From Paraspadella gotoi (taxonomy: Eukaryota > Animalia > Chaetognatha), in the NCBI GenBank assembly GCA_051294375.1, contig CM119265.1:26769553-26833552 (forward strand): a stretch of 64,000 nucleotides of DNA, written 5' to 3'. Below, piece by piece: positions 28,263-41,599 of this stretch. The stretch's first letter is position 1. Each line of letters opens with the position of its first letter. The translations under genes and the position numbers were made by a program. The notes beneath the pieces are model-generated. The model was not told where the DNA came from, ran no database searches, and saw only the letters and a program-made list of their open reading frames with translations.

Positions 28263-29319
28263 ATTCAGAAAATTTTATGAAGTAAAATATTTAATATTGA
28301 TTGTTAAGTGTCATCTCATGCATGGAAGCCAATCCTGGACCACCTACATCCCGGACGAAGAACAAGGGGGGGAGGGGGGATGAGGGATTAATCCCTTTTT
28401 GGTTGAAAGTTTCTCTCTCTCTCTCTTTCTCTCTCTCTGAGTCTCCTCCTCTTCCTCTCACCTTCTCTTATTTGTAAATAATTTTTTACCTCACCACAAT
28501 TTCTCTGGCCTTGAATAATGAACCAGCTAAATGGTTTGAATGCATGGTCTAAATAAAATTAGCACTGTTTCCCAAATCGATGTTTTTCTTAATATTTAAT
28601 ATTCTTTTTAAACTTATTTCCACTCAAACGATTCCTTCAAAACTAAATTTCCAGCCTATTCACACACTTTCCTATCCACATAAAAAAATTCAAGTCAATT
28701 GCCCCATCCACTCTCGAGTAATTGGCGTTCAAATAGTGAAATATATTTTTTTGTTTTTTCCATTTAAACTCATTTCCACTCGTACGATTACATCGAAACT
28801 TCGTATCCAGCTCAATCACNNNNNNNNNNAAGTATAATATTTAATATTCTTCAAGTAATTTTTAGTCGGATCTGCTTATCAGCATATCCCGACTCTATAA
28901 TCCCCTTTGTCGGTCCGTCGGTCCGCCCCCTCAAACTTGTCGGGCATTCACTTAATCAATCAGTGAAACAGCTTTTTTGTTTTTTCCCCATTTAAACTTA
29001 TTTCCACTCAAACGATTCCATCAAAACTAAATTTCCAGCCTATTCACACGCTTTCCTACCCACACACAAAATTTCATTCGAATCCATCCATCTAACCACG
29101 AGTAATTTGAGTTTTTTGCTAAGGTGGGACGGACGGACATACGGACAGACGTATAATTTATCATAGTTCGATGTTCTGACATGATCTAAGTGAATGCCCG
29201 ACAAGATTGGGGGGGTTGACCGACGGACCGAAAAAGTGTTTTAGAATTTAAGACGAAAAGGGGCATTCTGGGAAAATTTCCAGGTCGTTGAGAGACCGCG
29301 GGGGTAAGTCGGAACTTAC

Positions 29320-29402
29320 CGTCCAAACTGAAGAGAGTCGTCGTCGTCGTCGTCGCCGCGAGAGTGCTGCTGCTCAAGTTGGTCGTCGACGTCGACGAAG
29401 AC
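29320..29402 (-). CDS. Nlgn: Neuroligin-like gene, Ser/Thr-rich stalk exon
   Basis: AAG|...G|GTAAGT; phases 2/1 fit both neighbouring exons; SSSTSTTNLSSSTLAATTTTTTLFSLD. Confidence 0.75.
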
Positions 29403-30155
29403 CTTGATTCGGCGGGAAGGAATATGATTGGATGGAATTTATTAAAGAATATAAAAGATGATTGGATGAAATTTTTGTTTACTATGGCTTATTTAAATAA
29501 TATTAATTGCGTTAGAAAGTGAAATAAATAAATTAATATGAACAAAATCAATGACGAGGGCGAGAACCACGATAAAAAAAAATTCATTGTATATAACAAT
29601 AACTAATTTAATTTTATTTCAATGTATCCAATGTATCGACTAGCAACAACAACAACAACACTCACCCGTAACCAGCAGTAGTGAGTTTGACTGTTGTTTT
29701 GAGTTGCATTGCTTCGCTCGACGGCGCTACGGTCGTCGTCCGATCAACGGAGGGAAAAATCTTTTGAAAATCCAACTGTCGAACAAAAGACAATTCGATT
29801 ATGAATTTATGAATGTCTCCTTAGACCTTAGACCCAAGATTAAAATTAAGTTTCTCTTATCAAATTCTGTCCCATTTATACTCAATTCGAAAAGCATCCT
29901 ACAGAATTATGGTATATTTTGTTGTTTGCTTAACCGGATTTTTTCATAACATCACGTTTAATCTTGATTTGTGATTTGTTGCATGAGCGCTTCTTAGTAA
30001 CATTACAGCCATTACTTTCTACCCGTTCCCACGCCCTTAGCCCCCATTCTTCCGCTCCCTTTCCCCCGCCCGGAATAGTCCTCTTTGCCCACCCCATGGC
30101 ATGACTCCCATTGTCCGGCATGCCCGGCGTGGCTACCCTTTGTCCGTCCCTTTAC

Positions 30156-30318
30156 CCGACCTGTCTCGTATTCTCGTCGAAACTTGACCGATTGGCGAAA
30201 TCTGGTAGAAGATGAAATTTTGGCGCCAAATCATCGTCGCGGTGAAGTTTAGGGATCAAATCCAACCAGAGCATCAATTTGTGAACCCGGTAGTGATTGC
30301 GAGTTCGCGGGGAAAGCC
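30156..30318 (-). CDS. Nlgn: Neuroligin-like gene, exon encoding the end of the cholinesterase-like domain
   Basis: tttctacAG|...GG|GTAAAG; translates (G)LSPRTRNHYRVHKLMLWLDLIPKLHRDDDLAPKFHLLPDFANRSSFDENTRQV(G), resembling neuroligin [26 protein letters not shown]. Confidence 0.88.
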
Positions 30319-31456
30319 CTGTAGAAATGAAGATTTGTAATTCGAATACGTGGTTTTCGTGTCGAAAAAGGTTGATCCTGTAAAATAAGTAAAGTTAAAG
30401 AGTCAGTGATGAAATAGAACCTCTCAAAATTTATNNNNNNNNNNNNNNNNNNNNNNNNNNNNNNNNNNNNNNNNNNNNNNNNNNNNNNNNNNNNNNNNNN
30501 NNNNNNNNNNNNNNNNNNNNNNNNNNNNNNNNNNNNNNNNNNNNNNNNNNNNNNNNNNNNNNNNNNNNNNNNNNNNNNNNNNNNNNNNNNNNNNNNNNNN
30601 NNNNNNNNNNNNNNNNNNNNNNNNNNNNNNNNNNNNNNNNNNNNNNNNNNNNNNNNNNNNNNNNNNNNNNNNNNNNNNNNNNNNNNNNNNNNNNNNNNNN
30701 NNNNNNNNNNNNNNNNNNNNNNNNNNNNNNNNNNNNNNNNNNNNNNNNNNNNNNNNNNNNNNNNNNNNNNNNNNNNNNNNNNNATTTTATTTTCTTTACT
30801 TTTCCTTTCCTTTCCTTTCCTCTATTTTTCTTTATCCTTCTTTTTTTCTTCTTTTTTTTACATTTTTTATTTTCTGTTTATTCATTTTATTTTCTTTACT
30901 TTTCTTTTCCTTTCCTTTCCTTTCCTCTATTTTTCTTTCTTTTTTTCTTTTCCTTTCTTCTCCACTTTTCCTTTCCTGTTTATTCATTGTATTTTCCTTT
31001 CCTTTATTCTTTTTCTATTTATTGCTTTCCTTTCCTTTCGTGTTTAACTTTTTCTTTCCTCTTTATTCATTTTTTTTATTTTCTTGTTTATTCCTTTCCC
31101 CTTCTTTCCTTTATTTTCTTACCTCTATTATCGATCTTTTTCCTTTTTTTCTCTTTTCTTTCTACATCTTTCTTCCTCCTTATTTCCTTCATTCCTTTTC
31201 TATCCTTTAATGTTTTAAAACTTACTTTCTTAATCCTTTCCATTGTTCCCGAATACTTTAACTCACCCTTATCCTTAGTCATTACCCTCTCCAAATATTT
31301 CCCTCTCCCACTTCCACCCACCAAGCAACGACCACCTGATCGCTTTCTCCCCTCACGCCGCGTGACCACGTGATCCCAACTTCGCCTCCCACGCCTCAGT
31401 CACGTGACTTCCCGTCCCGCGCACGAGATATTTTCGGCCAAATTAGGAACGTCTTA

Positions 31457-31520
<64 letters not shown>

Positions 31521-32690
31521 CACCAAATCGCGGTCATATCTCGTCAAGAACTTATGATTCTGCCATCAATGGTCTAGGATTTTTTTTTCTTCTCTGAATC
31601 GCAAGACGAAGAATGCCCCGAAACATCGTCGACGAATTTGCAATGCTCCTCAATGAGGGAGAAATTTTCATTGACTCCATTGAATGACCGACCTCGACCT
31701 CGGCCTCCTCCTTCTTCCTCCTCCTCTTCCTCCATCCACATTCATCCCTTCCCCTCTCAATATTTCTCCTGTCCTACTTAAGTCCTACTTCCTCCCACTC
31801 GTTCACTTCAACTCCTGCATTCTCTTTCCTACTTTACTAATGTTAATCACCATTTTTTCCACTATAAATTATCAGCCTATTCTTTCCTACCCTTCCTTCC
31901 TCTCTTCCTTTCCTCCCCCTCTTCTTCTCCGCTTCCTCCATTTCCTCCCTCCCTCTCACTAAACTGGTTCTTCCTTACTCTCTCTCCTTTCTTCATTTTC
32001 TCCCCTTTTTCCCTCTCCTCATCTCTTCCTCCTTTCTCCCTCCACTCTTCCTCCCTTTCCCATCCTCCCTCCCATCCTTCCTTTCTTTCCTCCCCTTCTC
32101 CGACTCTTCCTCCCTTTCCTTCCTCCCTTCTTCCTCCACTCATTCTTCTCCCTTTCTCCCCTTCAACGTCTCTTCGTCCCTTTCCTCTCCTCCCTCCCAC
32201 TTTTTCCTCCCTTTCCCCCCTCCCTCCCACTCTTCTCCTTTTCTCCCCTCCTCCACTCTTCCTCTCCTTCCTCCCACTCTACCTCCCTTTCCCGCCCCTC
32301 CTCCCTCTCTTCCTCCCCTCCTTCCTTCTCCTCCACTCTTCCTCCCTTTCCTCTCTTCCTCCCACTCTTCCTCCTTCCTCCCTCCCTCCTTCTCCTCTCC
32401 TCTTCCTCCCTCCCTCCCTCTCCTCCTTCTCTCCTCCTCCCACTCTTCCTCTTCCTCCCATCCTCTCCCTCTACTCTTCTCCCTTTCCTCCCTCCTCCCT
32501 CCCTCCCACTCTTCCCCATCTTCGGATATTTTAGGCATCGCGTTTTTTTCGCTTCCTTCTTTATGATGATTTCTTATAACCATAAGAGGCTCTGGTTCGG
32601 ACGATAAGGAGGAGGAGGAAGAGGAGGAGGAGGAGGAGGAGAGCGAGTTTGGCGGGGCGGGAGGTTGCGGTAACGAAAATTTAAAACGGT

Positions 32691-32751
<61 letters not shown>

Positions 32752-34323
32752 ATAAGAAGATCCAGACAAGACAACATCAGAAACCGCAGCAGAGAGAAGA
32801 CAGAAAGACAGAGACATCTGAGCGAGAAAGACAGAGAGACAAAGTGAGAGGCACCAAAAAATGGTCAAAAAAAAAAAAAAGTTCATTGACCGAATAAAGA
32901 GGGTGAGGTCGTACTTGAAAATTAAGATATGTATGGCGTAATAATCAATACTAATGGTTTATTAGCATAATTCTTTTTTTCTTTTACTTTTCTTTCCTCC
33001 ATTTTCATTCTTTTTATTTTCCCTTTTTTCCTTTTTCTTTCCTCCTTTTTCCTTCGTGTCTTTTCTTTCCTCCTTTTCCTCTTTTTCTTTTTCTTTTTTT
33101 CTTTTCTTTTTTTCTCTTCCTTTTTTTTTCCTTTTTCTTTCCTCTTTTTCCTTCTTCTTTTCTTTCCTCCTTTTTTTTCTTTCCTTCTGTCTTTTTCTTT
33201 CACTTCTTTTCTTTCTCCTCTTGCACGTTCCTCGCTTCCTCGCCTCTTCTTTCCTTCTATTTTTTTCCGTTCTTTCTTCTTTCCTCCTATCCTCCTTTTT
33301 CCTTCTTCTTTTCTTTCCTTTTTTGCTCACGTCTATCATTCTCTTTCCTCGTCGGCATGCGTCGGCGACGACGTCAGCCATTAATGGATCCGGGTTACAA
33401 ATAGTGCGAGGATTTTCCCGTATTTAAAAGCGTCTCATTTCAGCTTAAAAAATTTATAAAGAATAGATTATTTTTAGATTTAAATATTAAGGAAGGGTTA
33501 AGGATTAGGGATTAGGTTTGGGATTAAGGCTAAAGAATATGTTAGGATTAGAGTTTTAAATTAGGTTTAAAATTGTTATATTGAAATTAGAGTTAAATAT
33601 TATGGTTGTAATTAAATTTTGGCTTGTAGTCACAAAAATGTACTCTTTGAGAAAAAAAAAAGTTCAGACTATTTTAAGGTAAATATGAAGAGAAAACCAA
33701 GTTTGTTTCTCTAAATAATGTCTATAGTTAAATAGAAAAACGAAAGAAAAAAAATTTTCGACAGAAAAAGTATCTTAAGCATTTGAAGGATCCCGCGGCA
33801 TCGCCTGAAGCATCTAGAAATCAAGGGCACAACGCAAACGGTCGTCCCTTTAGACCAAATGCGACCGCAATGGAATTTCATTGCAGATTTCAACGATGAA
33901 TCATCCAAAAACCGAAAACAGTTCTTTTTCTTTTCATTCGCTTTTCTCTTTAATCCCGTTGGTCTTAAACTTTGCCACATTTCATTTTTTTTATGACCTC
34001 GTTAAATTTTTGGCGGCTTAAAAAAAAGGGGGGGGGAAGCGGGTAAGAGAAGGTTTGAAGTTTGGCAACCTCCTGACGCGAGTTTGCCTCACGCAGTTTT
34101 GAGATCACGTGAGAGAGAGTGAGCGTTATCGAGACTTTGACTCTTAAGGGAGTGGTCCATTTAAACAATTGAAACCGTTTATTTAAAGTATTATTACGCT
34201 ATATTATTGATAGGGAGTTAATAAACCAGACTGTGAGAGAGTCTTGATCGAAAGCTTGCAGATATATGCTATTCAATTATCTTGTAGAGAGCTGGAGGCT
34301 TTAACCAACTATAGCATGTCCAA

Positions 34324-34937
34324 TAAGGCGTAGTGAAAGTTACATACGAAAATTCTAAAAGTCAATTATGAACAACATACCATCAGTGAACATTAATTTG
34401 TAAAAAAAATTAATTTTATGTTTTTTAATTTTCGCAGTAGGCTATATTTATATATAGTATATCCTTAATAAATCGAAAGATTTCAAAATAGGCTTTTCTT
34501 AATTTTGATTGCAGATCTGAATTCTCTCGTCAAAAGTTGATAAAAGAAATATAATTCATTTTTAAAAATTCTTTCATTAAGTAGGTTAAAAATTAAAAAA
34601 ACTATATTTAATATATAAAAAGTTAATTTTCAGTTTAAAATATAGCTTTTTCTAATTTTTGACCCACTTCATGAAGGAATTTTTCAAAAAGAGTTATATT
34701 TCTTTTTTTTTACAACTTTTTATGACGAATCCAAATCTGCAAAAAAATCTTAGAAAAAACTGTTTTTGAAATTTTTAACATTTATTGGTTTAGACTAGTA
34801 ATATTGGCCTACTGCGTAAATTGTAAAATTTATTAAAATTTTTTTTTATACATAAATGTTCATAAGTATAATGTTGTTCGTTCCTCACTTTTAGAATTTT
34901 AATATAAAGTTAAACTTAGGAATTTACTACGCCTTAA
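34324..34937. mobile_element. Foldback MITE with long imperfect inverted arms
   Basis: TAAGGCGTAGT...ACTACGCCTTAA ends with nested inverted blocks (aaaattctaaaagt/acttttagaatttt, cgcagtaggc/gcctactgcg, tgcagat/atctgca); TTAA-type ends. Confidence 0.75.
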
Positions 34938-35264
34938 TTCCAAAAGATCCTGTGAACATGGATAAGCTTGTTTGATACATAGATTGATAATATTCATATT
35001 GATTTTACCCATTTTCATAATTAATGCCTTACCATTATTTTCTAATTCAAGTTCCTGGTGGCTGATGTCTAAAATATTTACCTTATTGCAACTTGAAATT
35101 CATTTCACCTAAATTTAATTTTAAAAAAAGATAAAAATTTCTTATCGATTTAAAACTTTTTTTCTTCTCCCGATGAATTCGGAAAAACGTTTTCTCTGGA
35201 GGATTTTTGAAAAGGTCAGATCGAAAGGTCTTTCTTTCTTTCTATCTTTCTTTCTTTCTTTCTT

Positions 35265-35299
<35 letters not shown>

Positions 35300-35413
35300 A
35301 TTCTTTTTTCTTTCTTTCTCTCTTTCTTTTCTCTCTCTCCCTTTCTCTCCTTCGATCTCGCGTAGACGATATATCCGGATTTTCGTCGCATTTTCCGTAA
35401 TGGGTTCATTGGC

Positions 35414-35446
<33 letters not shown>

Positions 35447-36160
35447 TTATTGGCACGGTGGCGTCAAAAAGGCTCCCACAGCACTGAGGGCGTTGGTCCG
35501 AACTTTGCGCCTGGCACTTCCGGTCCGTCTCTCTCTCTTTCTCTCTCTCTCTCTCTCCCTTTTTCTTTATTTCTTTAGCTCTTCTTTATTATCTTAGTTT
35601 AATTTATTCTATTAATTCAATTATAAAAAGCTAGATGGCATAATGTGACACTCATTCTTTTCACTGTCTTCTACTATCTTTCCTCCTCTTTTTTCCTCCC
35701 TTCCTCCTTTTTTTCTTTCCTTTCTTCCGCCTCTTTTTCCTCTCTTCCTCCTTTCAAAATCTCTCTCAGTCTCTTTTTTCAGTTCAGCTTTTACTCTTTT
35801 CTTTCTTCCTTCCTCCCCTTATTTCCTTCCTTTTCTCTGTCTCCTCTCCTCAAGCGCGACCTGCGCTTCTCCCTTCCTCTGTCTCTCCCTCTCCTCTTTT
35901 TCTTCCTCCCTTTTCCTCCTTTGTTTCCTTCTCTTCTTTCCTCTCCTTCCTTTCTTCCTCCTTCTCTTATTTTTTCCTCTTTCTCTCCTTCTCTTCCTCC
36001 CTCTCTTCCTTTTACTCCTCCCTCTCTTCCTCCTCCTTTCCTCCCCTTCTCCTCATTTTTTTTCGGTTATGAAGGAAAACAAGTCTTTGCGACCCCAACA
36101 AACGAGGGGCATTTTTGTAACCGTCGTCCGAAAGGACTTTGCCTCTCGAATTCATTAGCA

Positions 36161-36202
<42 letters not shown>

Positions 36203-36204
36203 AG

Positions 36205-36243
<39 letters not shown>

Positions 36244-36862
36244 GAGACTCCTCCGATCTCGCGAGATTCAACTCAGGGAGATAATCGTATGTATTTCGTC
36301 GGTTCACGATTTTCTGGGGGAAGTTTGTAGCCGACTTTTTTTTTGGCTTCCTGTTCTAGGCACCCGATGCGACTGATCGGAAATAATTAGAAAGAATATA
36401 TTTTAAAATATTATTGATTAAATTATAATAGTTTTTTATTAATTAAATAATATTTTTTTAAAATTATATCGCAGATGGAATCAGAACCAAAAGCAGAATC
36501 GGATCCACAACTTGGGTGAAATCCACCAAGGACTCTCTGATTAAGCTTTACGTGCTTAACATTGAATTAAATAATTATTATAGTAGCAATTTGGGGTAAA
36601 CTTAGTCTGGTAACTAAAGGGTTTAGAGTTACTTTCTATAAACCAATTTATCATAAGAAAAAAAATTTAAAGTTAAAATTTAAAATTTTATCCTTATAGC
36701 TGGTTTACTAGTTTAATAAGGCAATTTAACTAAATAATTTTTTTTTAAATTTTAAAATCTAAATATTGGTATTATTTTATTTTTAATAATTTTATTTATT
36801 TTAATTTTATAAATTTTAATAAAGCATAATCTTTAAAAAATTATTAATTAATTTTAAAAAAA

Positions 36863-36908
<46 letters not shown>

Positions 36909-36959
36909 TATCTTAAACAATTTTATTTAATCGTCCAATTCTTAAACGTTTTCCCGATT

Positions 36960-37150
36960 AATCCGCTCACAGTGCAGACCGCCGGAAGCGTCTCGACGCC
37001 ACTCTCCGGTTTTTTTCACGCGCCACGGCGGTCGGCGGGGGCGAGGCGTTTATGAGCCGGGCGCGACGGAGAGAGATCGTGACACTTCGCGCGCGACGCA
37101 GGGGGCGTGGCGCGAGGCGAGTGACGCCACGAGTGACGGTTAATGAGTCG
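36960..37150. promoter_or_regulatory. CpG-rich promoter-like island
   Basis: About 190 bp of GC/CpG-rich sequence within very AT-rich DNA; GGGGCGTGGC (Sp/KLF), TTCGCGCG (E2F-like), CCGGAAG (ETS), TGACG half-sites. Confidence 0.45.
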
Positions 37151-37742
37151 AATAGCGTCTTTTTTAAATAAAAAAAAAGGGTTTTTTTTTTAAAGTTTTT
37201 TATTGATAATTATTTCTTCTTTTTTTTTTTCTCGTTGGTTTAATGGAAACGAGGCTATCATTTGATCCCAAGACGGACTGTTGCTTGATCGTATTTTAAT
37301 AATGAGATCGTTATAGAGATGTTTAATTAATTATTTATCTGGGTGGAATTTGATTTTTTTTCCTTAGCAGCCTTTGGTATAAAGCCAAAAGATAATGTTT
37401 TAACTTTTAAGCTTTTTTATTTATAATTTTTTTTATTATTTCTTAACTTAATCTTTTTGGGAGTTTTAAACTTTTAAACTTATCGTTCTCGATATATTTC
37501 ATTTTTTCCTTTCGCTTTTGCCCTTTCTTCTTTTATTCTCTTTGTCGTAATCCCATCTTCTCTTTTTTTAATCTTTTCCTCTCTTAAAATCTCTCTTCTT
37601 CTCTCTGGGTTCCTTGGCGAAATAATCTCGGGGTCTTTATGAAATCATCAACGGCTCAACCATCGACCATAGATAACCGAACTCCCATTATCAGCGCCAA
37701 TAGGGAACTGAGAGAGGAGGAGAGAGGAGGAGAGCAGAGAGA

Positions 37743-37813
<71 letters not shown>

Positions 37814-37889
37814 AGGAGAGAGAGAGAGGGGGGAAAGAGGGAGGGAGAGAGAGAGAGAAGAGAGAGGAGAGGGAGGGAAAGGGAGGAGA

Positions 37890-37933
<44 letters not shown>

Positions 37934-38158
37934 GAGAGAGAGAGAGAAATGAAGAAATAATAAAACGGAGGACATACGGACAGTCAGAACAGCAGAAGAG
38001 ACAGATAAAAGGCTAACAAAAAAAACATACAGACAGAAAGACTGACAGACAGACAACCGGCGGAAAAAGAAGAAATAGATAAAAAAGAAATAGGGAGGAC
38101 AAAAGAGGCGAAGCAAGAGAGGAGAAAATAAAAAACATAGACCAGCCGTTGAAGCAGA

Positions 38159-38191
<33 letters not shown>

Positions 38192-38690
38192 NNNNNNNNN
38201 NNNNNNNNNNNNNNNNNNNNNNNNNNNNNNNNNNNNNNNNNNNNNNCCGCCGTGGTGTGGCGAAAAAATTCCCCTCACCTCTTCTCTTAATCCGGGGGCT
38301 GCCTCACCCTGATTTCCGTATGCAACCAGCGACCGTGCAATCGTCGAGTCGCTGACCTTTCCCAAATGTCTCTCCACTTTCCTGGCTGCGTCTTCGANNN
38401 NNNNNNNNNNNNNNNNNNNNNNNNNNNNNNNNNNNNNNNNNNNNNNNNNNNNNNNNNNNNNNNNNNNNNNNNNNNNNNNNNNNNNNNNNNNNNNNNNNNN
38501 NNNNNNNNNNNNNNNNNNNNNNNNNNNNNNNNNNNNNNNNNNNNNNNNNNNNNNNNNNNNNNNNNNNNNNNNNNNNNNNNNNNNNNNNNNNNNNNNNNNN
38601 NNNNNNNNNNNNNNNNNNNNNNNNNNNAGGGTGTTCGGTGAGTGTGAAGCTTTGCCACGTATTTGAAATGGCAGGGGGTTAAGGAGGAGG

Positions 38691-38738
<48 letters not shown>

Positions 38739-38879
38739 CTCGGTTCCAAAACACTTAATTGGAATTTTATCAATCTTTTTTCCTTCTCCTCCCAACGTTT
38801 AAATGTCACTTTATAAGTGAAGGAATTCAGTTGAGGAGAAAATCGTTTCGATTCTGTCGACCGAAAAAAAAAGAGGCTT

Positions 38880-39270
38880 CGATTCTTTTGATGGGAAAAT
38901 AAAAAAGGGTTTGATTCTTTTGATGGGAAAATAAAAAAGTNNNNNNNNNNNNNNNNNNNNNNNNNNNNNNNNNNNNNNNNNNNNNNNNNNNNNNNNNNNN
39001 NNNNNNNNNNNNNNNNNNNNNNNNNNNNNNNNNNNNNNNNNNNNNNNNNNNNNNNNNNNNNNNNNNNNNNNNNNNNNNNNNNNNNNNNNNNNNNNNNNNN
39101 NNNNNNNNNNNNNNNNNNNNNNNNNNNNNNNNNNNNNNNNNNNNNNNNAAGTTTGATTCTTTTGATGGGAAAATAAAAAAGTTTGATTTTTTGGATAGGA
39201 AAATAAAAAAGGGTTTGATACTTTTGATCGGAAAATAAAATGGGATTTGATTCTTTTGATGGGAAAAGTA
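38880..39270. repeat. About 31-bp tandem repeat spanning an N gap
   Basis: Unit gtttgattcttttgatgggaaaataaaaaa(gg) on both sides of the gap. Confidence 0.85.
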
Positions 39271-40118
39271 ATTTGGGACCAAGGAAAGTAGAAAAGATAA
39301 AAATTTTAGTTTTTCATATCTTAACCTTGTATTTTATTCAACCAATTTATTATAATATAATTTTGTCATTTTTATACTCCATAAAGCTGAACTTAAGACA
39401 TTCACGACCATAGTTATTTTTAAGAGATTAGAATTTAAGAAGTGAATTTTAGCACCTAAAAATGAATAAAAATTAAATTTCCTCTCACAGAAATCTTCGT
39501 TTCACAGTGAATTTCTTTTCTAACGCCAGAAAAAAATCTCGCGTTTTAGAGATGAGACAGTTTTATGCGAATCCGAGATGATAATCGAACGCATAAACAT
39601 TTAAAAGGGAGACGGAGTGATTTGTGACGCCTGAGGAGAGAGAGAGAGANNNNNNNNNNNNNNNNNNNNNNNNNNNNNNNNNNNNNNNNNNNNNNNNNNN
39701 NNNNNNNNNNNNNNNNNNNNNNNNNNNNNNNNNNNNNNNNNNNNNNNNNNNNNNNNNNNNNNNNNNNNNNNNNNNNNNNNNNNNNNNNNNNNNNNNNNNN
39801 NNNNNNNNNNNNNNNNNNNNNNNNNNNNNNNNNNNNNNNNNNNNNNNNNNNNNNNNNNNNNNNNNTACGTCGGTGGACGGCGTCGCCGCCGCCTTAACTG
39901 GCGGACGGGAAAACGAGAGTCGTTTAAACGCTACTACGATAGAGAGGGAGTGGGAGAGAGATTCCCCACCCATGGCGTCATCCACTCTCTCTCTATCTCT
40001 TTTTTCTTCTCGCTCTCTCTCCGCTTGCAATCTCCCTCTCGCTCGACCGGGTTTCCAAAGGTTAAGACCTGCGCCGGATACTGTCATGAGAATTTGGGGT
40101 TCCGGTGAAAACAATGGG

Positions 40119-40229
<111 letters not shown>

Positions 40230-41599
40230 AGGAGAGGCAAAGAGATGAAGAGAGAGAGAGAGCAAGATAGGCCTTCGACTAAGTCCTTGACTGACTTGTA
40301 CACTTGAAATGCAGCCTTTTTATAAAAATAAGCGTAGCGATGACCTAAATACATTTTGTTTTAAATTTTCTCAGTGAAGAAGATTAAAATTTAATTTGAA
40401 AATAATAATACAATAATCGAAACGAGGTCTTTGTTTGTAACAAATGCAACTGCATTTTTTCCAAACAAAGTGTATATTTTTCTCATAAAAATTATATTAC
40501 AAGTTAATTGCGTCATTTCTCGCTTGATTCTGTTTCAAGAGTTTTTTAATGACTTTTAAAACTGGTGGGCAAAAACTCTACGGAAGGCGTGTGGATAGAA
40601 CCCGACTACAGGCGTTGAAAGATACTTCAATATCCTTGTATAAGATCATTAACTATCTCTTAAAAAAATGTATAGCCACGGTAAACACTAAAAAAATTTT
40701 TAAAAATTGAACCAAAGCAAAACAATAAAACAATATAGTAAGTATGAAATAAAACTTAACAATTAAACAATAAAACAACAATAAAACTAAACAATTAAAC
40801 AATAAAACGACAAATAATTTTTTTAATGAGATAACGATACACATATTCCGCCAAAGAAAATAAATATTGGGCGAAAATCCTTTAAAAGAAAAAAAACTTT
40901 CTGGCAGCTAAAGTATAAAAACCACTGACTTCTTGAGTGCGAGAGAGAGAGAGAGAGAGNNNNNNNNNNNNNNNNNNNNNNNNNNNNNNNNNNNNNNNNN
41001 NNNNNNNNNNNNNNNNNNNNNNNNNNNNNNNNNNNNNNNNNNNNNNNNNNNNNNNNNNNACAATCTCGACTACACAAGCCACATATGACCTCATAAAGTT
41101 TCCCTCTCAAAACAACAAAGAAAACCAAAAAACACATGTCACCAGCAATATTCCATATTTCACAGTGTTAATAAGGTCCAACAATAAAACAGCAAAGGCA
41201 GTAATGATATCCTAATTAACATCCCCAGCCGATCACTCACACCTCTTAACATCCGCAGTCAAAGCCGGTAAACAATTAAGTCTAACGGGTCAAACAGTAA
41301 ACTACAAACAAAACGGAGCTAACCAATCACACAACGCACAAAACCACACAAATGAGACAGCCTGTAGACCGGCTACCCAATAATGCCGATAGACTACCGG
41401 TACTGTTAGAGCTACAAGTACAACCCCGCGTCAAATAGTGGAAGAGAAATCATCAATCCTGCGAATCATCTCATAATATCAGAGAGTTCAATAACGTTGC
41501 TAAAAAAAAAAAAAAACAAAAGGAGGGAGAAAAACCACAAACATCACACGAGAACATAACATTATATCGACAATTAGAGATAATAATGACTGGATATAA

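Noticed and set aside
30319-30377. Alternative upstream acceptor extending the neuroligin exon
   Set aside because: The in-frame extension (INLFRHENHVFELQIFIST) does not resemble neuroligin; the acceptor at 30319 fits better.
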